Assembly: GCA_043228905.1 (NCBI GenBank)
Contig: JBHGNT010000003.1
Location: 1,612,001-1,676,000, forward strand
DNA: 64,000 bases
Direction: 5' to 3'
Origin: Azolla caroliniana
Taxonomy: Eukaryota; Plantae; Polypodiophyta
Under the pieces are notes generated by a model. It saw nothing but the letters and a program-made list of their open reading frames with translations. It was not told the DNA's origin and made no database searches. The position numbers and the translations under genes are program-made. Shown here one piece after another: positions 40,501 to 49,191 of the stretch (within the stretch, counting starts at the first letter, position 1; every line of letters starts with the position of its first letter).

Positions 40501-41653
40501 GGAGCACCTGGTATGCCGGTTGAAGAAGAGCCTTTACGGACTGAAGCAGGCTCCCCGGCAATGGTACCGGAAGTTCGACTCCTTCATGACCGACGAAGGG
40601 TACCTCAAAACGCAGTCCGACCACTGTGTGTTTGTGAAGAAGTTCGAAGGAGGAGACTCTCTAATACTCCTCCTGTACGTGGACGACATGTTGATCGTCG
40701 GACGGGACCAGGTCAAGATACGGATGCTGAAGAAGGCTCTTCACCGAACCTTCTCAATGAAGGACCTGGGTCCGGCGAGACAAATACTAGGGATGCACAT
40801 CATCAGGGACCGGAAGAAGAAGCAGTTGTGGTTGTCACAGGAGAAGTACGTGACAAAGGTGCTTCACCGGTTCAACATGTCGGAAGCAAGACCGGTCGGA
40901 TCGACCCTCCCGGCAAACTGCAAGCTGTCCAACAAGCAAAGTCCTAAGACAAAGGCTGAAAAGGAGGATATGATGAAAGTGCCATATGCCTCAGCCGTCG
41001 GGAGCTTGATGTACGCCATGGTGTGTACGAGACCGGACATAGGATATGCAGTCGGAGTGGTGAGCCGGTACATGAGCAACCCTGGCAAAGAGCACTGGAA
41101 CGCGGTCAAGTGGATACTCCGATACCTGAAGGGCACGACAAACGTGTGCCTACGATTCGGCTCCGGTAAGCCCGAACTCGACGGTTTCACCGATTCGGAT
41201 ATGTCGGCTGATGCAGATACCAGCCGGTCCACATCAGGGTATGTGATGACCTATGCAGGGGGAGCCGTTTCGTGGCAGTCGAGGCTGCAGAAGACGGTTG
41301 CGTTGTCAACCACGGAGGCGGAGTACATGGCAGCTGTTGAAGCCGGCAAGGAAATAATATGGATGAAGGACTTCATTAGAGAGCTCGGGATCCGGCAGGA
41401 GGAGTACCGACTCTACTGCGACAGTCAGAGTGCCATCCACCTTGCGAAGAACGCGGCCTATCACTCCCGGACGAAGCACATCCAACGTAGATACCACTGG
41501 ATCCGGGAAAGGATAGAAGACAAGGAGTTCGTGTTGACGAAGATCCACACGGACGAGAACGGGTCGGATATGCTGACCAAGGTGCTCACACCCGACAAAC
41601 TGGAAGCATGCCGGAAGAGGATCGGGTTGGAGAGACATCCCATGCCGAAGTGA
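37577..41653 (+). CDS. Copia gag-pol polyprotein (Gag-PR-IN-RT-RNaseH), 1358 aa from the first ATG
   Basis: Uninterrupted ORF: CFHCGKPGHFRKNC, WVVDSGASFH, LWHKRLCHMS, HTDVC/FIDD/DNGGEY/NGLAERMN, LLLYVDDML, GFTDSD/TTEAEY/YCDSQSAI/SDMLTK. Confidence 0.97.
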   Translation: MEGGGSGQPGMMVLNAQNYADWKIKMEDLLIVRDLYEPIDNAEIPKGVIESEWKLLNRKAVATIRQYVDVSVLQHVANDTNAYEMWKKLSGLYERKNALNRTSLMRKIVNLKYRDGESMVEHVSTFMGFVNQLAAIKFPLEDAMQAIILMCTLPDSWENLVVTLSTSCTEDNLSLQTVKTSILNEEARRRDKEPASEPKMLFTESDRGRQWNRSPQRREKSGTRSQSRGRPTCFHCGKPGHFRKNCRHYRKDNGADDTDSKKSPERNGAYRGATDRRGSDRRGQDRKGTTALAASEEEIMLITEEGELNIAGDETTWVVDSGASFHLTPERRYFSSYTAGEHGCVRMGNEGTCRIAGIGDVWLTTPTGCKMLLKNVRHVPEVRLNLISAGRLDDEGYTGSIQNGVMKFSKGSLIVARARKDNTLYLMNARLCPEELNVAADTAGELWHKRLCHMSEKGMKRLAEDNLIPVKHVHLERCTDCLAGKQNRTSFHSRPPTRRSAPLELVHTDVCQVETKSHGGAQYFVTFIDDHSRKLWTAPMKTKDQVLCVFKDLHARVERESGKKLKAIRADNGGEYRGQFQEYCRSKGIRLEFTVPKTPELNGLAERMNRTIMERVRSMLAHAKLPKGFWAEAMSTATYVINRSPSVPLDGDTPQRVWTGREVSYRHLKVFGCLAYVHVAKDRRGKLDPKTRPCIFLGYGDDEFGYRVWDPVDKKIFRSRDIIFMEDKTLADLESEKKMKSSKSTGEDKLYEEQSRPARDRLALEDPAEDGEEREPAEEDENDTGTVPDPEMDSDEEEESEEPVTEAPERRYPLRERRAPRRFPEPEHVLLTDEGEPESFEEAKHDTQSRRWLSAMQDEMDSLHENHTYELVELPKGKRALRNKWVFKLKPGDAGNPPRYKARIVVKGFQQKKGVDFDEIFAPVVKMTSIRTVLSIAASMDLEVEQMDVKTTFLHGDLEEEIYMQQPEGFEKKGKEHLVCRLKKSLYGLKQAPRQWYRKFDSFMTDEGYLKTQSDHCVFVKKFEGGDSLILLLYVDDMLIVGRDQVKIRMLKKALHRTFSMKDLGPARQILGMHIIRDRKKKQLWLSQEKYVTKVLHRFNMSEARPVGSTLPANCKLSNKQSPKTKAEKEDMMKVPYASAVGSLMYAMVCTRPDIGYAVGVVSRYMSNPGKEHWNAVKWILRYLKGTTNVCLRFGSGKPELDGFTDSDMSADADTSRSTSGYVMTYAGGAVSWQSRLQKTVALSTTEAEYMAAVEAGKEIIWMKDFIRELGIRQEEYRLYCDSQSAIHLAKNAAYHSRTKHIQRRYHWIRERIEDKEFVLTKIHTDENGSDMLTKVLTPDKLEACRKRIGLERHPMPK

Positions 41654-43060
41654 AGGGGGAGTTTGTTGGGATTTCGGTCCCTCCGGATGGGATGTCCGGA
41701 GATGAATGACGGCAAGCCCGGTTGCGATTACGGAACCGGATGATGAAGAGTACCCGGCATGAAGCCGGATGATGAGTACCCGGCTACGGATCCGGATGAT
41801 GAAGACCCCGGTTACGGAGCCGGATGATGAATGTACCCGGAGAGAGATCCGGATGCGGGGACATATCTGTGAATATGTTTTTCCAAGAGCCCTTGCGGCT
41901 ATATTTGTAAATAGCCCGAAAGTCATATGTGTATAAATATGACTTAGGGCAAACAGTTTAATGTTGTTGCTTATTTTTCATGAGAAGTGAGAGCAGCCGA
42001 GAGAGAGAGAGAGAGAGAGACGAAGAGGTCGTTGCCTCTGTGTATTACCGCCGCCTGTGGCGAAGACAGTGAACTCAAGGTTGTTGCCTTGTAGCTTCAC
42101 CATTGTACATCTCTGTTCATAGTGATAGTTGGAGTCTGAGGACTCCCGTGGTTTTTTCCCATTTAGGGTTTTCCACGTAAACATCCTGTGTACTCTCCTC
42201 TCTATTGTCTTCGTGCATTTTGTATTTCCCGTTTTCTGTGAGTTGATCCTATTCCTCGGTTGTGGCCGTGCACTATTTTTCGACACTATATACCAAATTG
42301 AGGACAAAAGCACCGAATTAGCTACAACTATACGTCCTGCTAAGGATAGCTTTTCCTTATTCTAGTATATTAGCTTATTCCTTAATCTTAACAAAGGTGC
42401 AACCATATTCTCTACCTTTAATCCCAAACCCACTCTATAGCCTAAATACCAAATGGACTGAGCTTGAGGTATCCAGGTGAATCCTGAAGAAGGTAAATTA
42501 ACTGGTGGATCTCCCGGAGTGACCCAAAAGCCTGATGATTTATCCCAATTTATCAATGCACCCAATGCATCTGAGAAATCATCCACAACCTTTTGCACCT
42601 GTGTCAAATTTAATTGTGAGGCCTGAACATATAGAGTTGTATCATTAGCAAACTCGCTATCCACGCTGTCGTGAAGATCCGTCACTACGCGCGGATCGTG
42701 AGGCGGAACCGCCGGGGTTCTGGACCGGAAGGATTTAGAGTCGATACAAGCTTTGGCGAGAAAGTACCTAAGATAGATTGGGAAAGAGAGAAGTTGAGAT
42801 TACACAATTGATTTGATAACGAATTTCTTCCTCTTAATTTTCATAAAAAAAAACCATGTTTTTCTCCTCCCCCTTCCCTCTTTTATAGATGCTCTCATGC
42901 ATATGATGCATGTGAGGGTACAAGACATGCATAAATTGCATGTTTGCCATTTGGCGCTTAAGTATTACATGTGGTGCATGCTAACCATGTCACTCATTTT
43001 AGCTCTCATGGATGAGAATTTACATGTAAAAGTACAATGATAAAAATATAATTTCAACTA

Positions 43061-43155
43061 AATACCATGGCTTAATGGTAAGCCATTTGACTCCTAACTT
43101 GGAGGTGCAAGGTTCGAATCTATACTTGCCCTCCTTGTATATGTATATATTTTTA
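43061..43155 (+). ncRNA. Degenerate tRNA-like (A/B-box) Pol III cassette within the Gypsy-B LTR (second copy 49594-49688)
   Basis: A-box TGGCTTAATGG with paired D-arm (GCTT/AAGC), CTCCTAA anticodon-like loop (CCT, Arg), B-box GGTTCGAATC, downstream TTTTT. Acceptor and anticodon stems do not pair, so it is not a functional tRNA. Confidence 0.5.
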
Positions 43156-43732
43156 TATATTTATTTTATCTAGTCGCCGGTTCGCCAGATACCGTCGTCG
43201 GATGCCGCCGCCGGATACCGGTGCCGCATGCTGCCACCGGATTGTGGTCGGATGTCGTCGGATCACCGGCTCCATCGCCGGTCCGGTTTTGGTTGGCCAA
43301 AACCCTTTTCGAGTAGCTAGCCACCTCCACTCTAAGTTCAAGTTACCTTGAACTCTCTATGCTCCACACATAGACACAAAGATAATATCTTTTGCTCCAC
43401 CTTATATATGATGAGAGCCGTATTTGTCGTGCCTATGTGGGATATCTCACAATTTTCTCTTTTCTTTTCACAAACTTTATACCCTCATATCTTGACATTT
43501 AGTTGTCTATTTCTCGTGTAATAAAGTGCAGTCGAAACCTCCATCATTTTGTACTTAGATATTAAAAATGTTATCTTCACAATTATTGTATTACGTGATT
43601 CATACTCGATTTTGTACGTTTTATGGGATTTTCACACTATTGCCGAAAATCTTCACGACATCCACCCCCACCAAACCGCACGTCCTCCGGTACGTGCCAA
43701 GAAGAGAAGAAGTGAGATTTCGGCTACGATGA

Positions 43733-46700
43733 TCAATTAGATTCCTCCATGTCTTCATTTTCATCCGGCCTATTATGTTCATCGTCGAGGTAATCGAGGT
43801 CAGGATCCTTGTCTTGTCTTTTCTTGAAAAGCTTTACTCTTTTCCCCGCAATAGGTACGGCCAACCTTGATCCGTCTAGTTCCGCAAGGTGGTATGTGGC
43901 ATTATCGTTGGCACTTGTCACCACATACGGCCCGAACCATCTTCTTGCGAACTTCCTTGTTGTACTATGTTGATTGTCAAGGGTGCTGTCGTAAACCAAA
44001 ACCCAATCCCCTTCTTCAATCTTCTTGGGACGAAGTCGATGTGTGTTGTCGAACCGAACTTTGTTCTTTACTCAGGCTGCCTTCATCATCTTTCGCGCTT
44101 TTTCTAAATCTTCAGGTCTTCTTTCAAGTTGCCTTATCCGCGCCGCTAATAACTCTTCTCGGCTCATCTCGTTCCCCCACGGTATCGCTACCCATGAGGC
44201 GATCGTTCTTTCGATGGGCATAATCGGCTTTTGTCCATACATAAGCTCCGTCGGCATATACCCTGTCACCGAGCTATGTGTCGTTCTATCGGCCCACAAG
44301 GCATAGGGTAATAGTCGTGGCCAATTCCTGACTCGACCGTTGCATGCCCGTACGATGGCTTTAACGATAGGTCCATGCCCTCGCTCGATCTTCCCATTTG
44401 CTTCCGGATTGTAGGCAGTCGTGAGGGAGAGCTTCACGCCTAGTCTTTCGAAGAGCTCCGTCGCTTCGTGCGCGTCCAACTCCCCTCGGTCGGCCACTAT
44501 CTTCCCTACACATCCATATCGGCAAACAACATCTTCAAGTAGAAATTTGCAAACAGCTGAAGTCGTCTTATTTGTCAAGGCTCGTCCTTCCACTTGATTT
44601 GTCAAGTCTTCCCTTGCCAACGCTAAGTACTTCATTTGTCCCACTCCCATTGGCATCGAGACCAGATCCACCATCCATTTGAAGTGTATGGTGAGTGGGT
44701 ATGTCGGCTTTAACTCATCACGATGACGTATATTTGAATATACTTGGCAAGTTTCGCATGTGGACACGAAATGGAGTACATCTTTGTACATGCTTGGCCA
44801 CCAGTACTTCTCCTTCAACTTTTCAAACGTCGCCCATGTTCCTCTATGACCTGCCCAAGCACTCTCGTGGAATTCGGTCATCAGCGTCTCTTGCTCTTCT
44901 TTCTTTACCACCACTCGACGTGGTATTCCTGCCCTTCTTTTTGGATGTCGCCAAAGGAATCCTCCCTTCAAGAAGTATCGGTAAGCTTTCTTTCGGATTC
45001 GTAGGGTGTCCTCCTTTGTCAACGAAGCATCTGTCGTCAATGTTCTTAGGAATCTACCGATGAGTAACCATTCTCCTTCGTACTCGTTCTCGTTGAAGGC
45101 GTGGAGGGTTTGTGTGTCCTGGTCTTCCGCCGACAATCGAGCCATCTTGAAGAAGTCGAGGGCGACATCTTCATCTTCCGAAACCATGTTACTTCCATTT
45201 GAAAATCTTGCCCTCGACAGCATGTCAGCCATGGTGTTCTTCTTCCCTGCGATGTGACGGATCTCTGGGTTTAAAGACTTGATGTAGGCGATCCACCTTA
45301 GCATAGCAAGATCTGGGGTCGCACATCCCGAGACCATTCCGAGAATTGGGAGACAATCTGTCTCTATTATCACTTCTGATCCGATCAGGTAATCTTTGTC
45401 CGTCTTCACTGCCGACACAATACCCCAAAGTTCCCGCTTGACTTGGGCATATCTTTGTTGCCGTTCGCTGAGAACCTTTGCTCCGAACCGGACGGCATAT
45501 CGCGCATTATCTTCACCTTCTTGATTGATGACCCACCCGATTCCGGTTGGGCTCGTATCTACGGTCACGTAAATTGGCTTCCCTTCGGCATAGTCGGCCT
45601 TCCTTAGTGCCGGAATGCGGATTTTTCTCCCGAAAATGTCAAATTCGCATCTTCGAGCCTTTGAAGCACCTTCTCGCAATCTTTCATATGATCCGCAACG
45701 AACTTTCTACAACCTTCCTTATCTTTCGATTCATCTTTCTCCTCATCCGAACATCCTTTTATCGGAATATCATCCAAGAATGGCATCGTGATGTCCGGAA
45801 TGCAATCCTTCAAGACTTTATTCATGGCATTCACCATATGAGCCACCGAGTTCGTTGCGCCTTGGGGTAAGGTACACATCCGCACAAGCCCGATCGGAGT
45901 CCTCATGGTTGTAATGTCCCGACTGTCGATCGCCAACTGGAATTGGTCATATCCGGAGTAGAGATCGCCAATGGAGTAGATGGACCGGCCCGCAAATGCT
46001 TCGGCAAATTCGTCCACGCTCGGACCGATTCCGGCATTTCGAATTGTCACCTTGTTGACGGGTTGAAGATCTTGGATGAATCGCAATGATCCATTCTTCT
46101 TCGGCACCGTGAACCACCTATTGGAATAAGGAGCATTCGACGGTTCTAGAATTCCCATACTCACCTTCTCCTTTAAGAGCTCGATCAGCTTCGGAAGGTA
46201 TGCTCTCGGAACCGGTATCGGTTTCAAATTCCAAGGCACATGAGGCACCGTGAAGATCACCATTGGCTCTATAACCTTTGGGTCGGCGCATCCGATTTCT
46301 CGTGGGAAGAATGCGAAAGCCTTCCCATGTCTCTCAAGCATATCGCGAAACATTCGCTCCTCTTCAGGGAGAGGGAAATCCTCCTTTCCAACTCGTAGCT
46401 TCCCGTTTGTCTCTTTGGTGAAGTCATGACCTATCTTCTTCGGATCTCTTAAGCTTGGATCGTTAGCGACTTCCTTCATCTTTTGCCAGCTATCTTCCGG
46501 TAGCGGAACCGCAACTGGCTTGATCTTCTTATCCACTGTTTTATATTTCGTGTTGATGTCAGCTTCATTCATCGAGATGCCACGACGGTATTCATCGATG
46601 ATAGCGTACATGTTGACGGAGTTAACCGAAATCACACGTTGGTTGTGAAGATAGCTCAAGTCCACGACGTCCTCGATTTCGCCGATGGTGTCGTTAAATG

Positions 46701-46938
46701 AGGCTTCTTCCATAATATGAGTCACGAACTCTCCTTCTTCTATTATGTTCTCTTCTTTCAACATCTTCTCGAATTCTTGTATCCGGCGCTTGTGCTTCTT
46801 GTCGGGTACTACTAGTTTACATGCGCCACTAGGTGTGACACATGTTGCTTCTCCTTACAATCCACGCGCTCTTCTTTCTTGTGGGGTCTTGTGATTGCTC
46901 GGACTATTTGTGCCCCATGCTTCAATAGTCCGCTCTAA
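43733..46938 (-). pseudogene. Gypsy-B pol (RT-RNaseH-IN) with two nonsense codons and a deletion of about 94 codons
   Basis: RT LRFIQDLQPVN/LPQGATNS/FLDD; RNaseH VDTSPTGIG/QVKRELWG; integrase GHRG..CETC/WMVDLV/NGKIERGH. Stops at 46855-46857 and 44072-44074. Deletion at about 45611 relative to Gypsy-C. Confidence 0.9.
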
Positions 46939-49138
46939 AAATCCGAGTATTCGCCTCCGAGATTATCTCGATTCCTTTCATGATTGGCTCGCACCGTTAG
47001 GAATTGGACCGATCTTTGGTTGTCAAGACTCTTTATTCGTGCGAAGGCTGCTCCATTATCGAACACTTGGTCTCCATCCAAGATGATGTGATATAAGGTT
47101 GCCCTAGGATGACAGGATGCGACGCCGATTCTTGTACGAAGAAGTGTTGATCCATCTCCACATCCCCGATCGTGACTTTGACATTGGGACAAGCTCCGTA
47201 CAAGTCCTCCGTAGACTTTGTTGCCGCGCGAATCTTCCATCCGTGGTTTGTATTGATTGGCCATCTTCCCTTTTTGTAGAAGTCGGTTGACATGAGGTTG
47301 ATCTCCGAGCCGTGGTCGATCAAGGCTACGACGGTCTCTTTCTTCTCCCCGATCTTCACCGGCGTCTCCGTTGTCGCTCGTGCCCAATGAGGTCGAGTGT
47401 AGTGGCTGTCCACCATATCTTCATCGATTTCGTCTCTTGCCATCGTTATGGCATTCGTTTTTGCTTTTTGCGGCTTCTCTTCTTCCTCGTCCGATTGTTG
47501 TCTCTTTCTCTTTACAAGGTCCACGATCGTGTCATGGAACTCCTTCTTCGTAATGCCAAGCAATTCCCTCAAGGACAAAGTTACGTGGCTATCAAGAACT
47601 CGTTCTTCGAGAATCTTCTTTAGGTCCGTCGTCTGCTCTATGTCCGACCTTAGCTTATAGGTAGGTATGGTCCTTGTCCTCCGAGTGGGGTCTTCGACAC
47701 CAACCTTCATGGGCCGAACCGTTTCTTCAACTCGTATGCTCAGCTCCCCTTTTCGGCTTGATTCTCGTTCCTTCGTTTGTAAAGGTCGACTCGTCTCTGC
47801 ATCGTCCTTCTTTTTCGCGTTCCTTGTTTCATGTCTTTTAGATGGGCCTTGCTCTTCTATTCTCTTTCTCTTTTCTTCGACGAACACCTCGTGGTTGTCG
47901 CACATCACCTCTGCGAGTATGGTGTTGTCATCCACCGGATCCGACCACCCGGTTATGCTTTGAACGCTTCGGTCCGCAAGCTCTACCTCGTTCAATGTGA
48001 CTTTTCCCTTCTTCTCATATTCGAGAACGGAAGTCCAAAACTTTGCTCCCGCTCTACCAGCTTCAGTCTTGTCTTTCCCGACTCTTATTCCGGCCGACGC
48101 AGCATAGTGCATCGCATCCACATGAGTCGCATCGGCATCCTCCATAGATCTCTTCATTCCTCCTCTTCCGAAATTCACTCGTAGGGGTCTTCTAGTCTCG
48201 CTTGAGCAGATCATGTTGTCCTCTATGTATACGATATTTTGTCGAATCGCCTCTCGAAGGCTCGCACAATCCCTTCTCATGTGGTCCATGCTATCGCACC
48301 ACACGCATCTAAAGGGTTCTTTTCCTTTAGGGCCCCGACGATTCATGTTGGCTAGAGTGACCTTCTCGAACTTCTTCGCTAGCTCTTCAATGATGTCGTC
48401 ATCTATCTTCTTTTCTTCCACGTTACTTTGTCTCGGCGGCTCAGCTACTTTCGGCGGTCTTGCTTTCTCCGTGGTAGTCGGTCCCGTCAAGTCGGTGTCA
48501 TCAACCCATTGGCGACGCTTGTCGAGCCTATTGCATGCCCGCTTCACCGCGATCCAGTCCGCTACGAGCCCATTTGCTTGGGTATCATCTTCGAGAAGAG
48601 TCCCCAACTCCCGTCTATCCTTTATGTCCACGGCCTTCAAGAAGTACAAAGTCTTGTCCTCTTCAAGCAACACTTGGTCCGTATTGGGGAGACGACTAAA
48701 CATCTGGTCGAATTCGTCGTACACCCTCGAGACGCTCATCTTCTTATTCTTCTTCTCTATCCACTTCATCAGGGCATGTCGAGTCATCCTCGTTGAGTCT
48801 TCAGTCACGAACTCCGCTAGTATCGTTTTCTCGAACTCGGACCATGTTGTCTTTCCTTCTTGAAGCTCGATGACGCGTCTTTGGATGTTGTTGGCGACAA
48901 CTCTCTTGAAGCTTGCGATTTGACGTGCCTCGAACACGTCCCTTTGATTCATCTCCCTCTTATATGCATCAAGGAACTTCGTAACTTTCCTTCCATCGAA
49001 TTGGCCCTCGAGCTCTACGACACGATCGATAGCCTTCTCCACGCTCGCGTCGTTGTCCCGAGATCTCATCATTTGCTCGACGATTAGCATCATCCTTTCG
49101 AGCTCTCCTGCTTGGTTGCTTGAGGACGCCATCTCCAA
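46935..49138 (-). pseudogene. Gypsy-B gag-protease ORF (1-nt frameshift near 47068)
   Basis: CVWCDSMDHMRRDC knuckle; protease ALIDHGSEINLM...HPVILGQP. The C-terminus continues in ORF 46935-47387 (FDNGAAFARIKS..VQFLTV..EYSDF*). Confidence 0.9.
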
Positions 49139-49173
49139 GTATTAATCTCGACTTGATCCTTCCTACCGCCTCT

Positions 49174-49191
49174 TTCACGTCGGGTTCACCA
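49174..49191 (-). promoter_or_regulatory. Primer-binding site complementary to the tRNA-Trp 3' end
   Basis: Plus strand TTCACGTCGGGTTCACCA equals the 3' 18 nt of plant cytosolic tRNA-Trp plus CCA (recalled); 8-nt spacer to the LTR. Confidence 0.85.

Larger units (their letters stand above)
36925..42285 (+). mobile_element. Full-length intact Ty1/Copia retrotransposon (Tnt1/Tork-like), very recent insertion
   Basis: LTRs 36925-37546 and 41664-42285 (622 bp, TG..CA, no difference seen); TSD CTATA (36920-36924, 42286-42290); PBS TGGTATCAGAGC (tRNA-iMet) 37550-37561; PPT gaagtgaagggggag 41647-41661. Confidence 0.98.

Noticed and set aside
37463-41926. Numerous antisense and alternate-frame ORFs over the Copia (likewise over Gypsy-B and Gypsy-C)
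   Set aside because: Expected shadow ORFs of GC-rich coding sequence; no motifs.
43061-43132. Functional tRNA-Arg(CCT) gene
   Set aside because: Acceptor and anticodon stems do not pair; kept only as a tRNA-like cassette.
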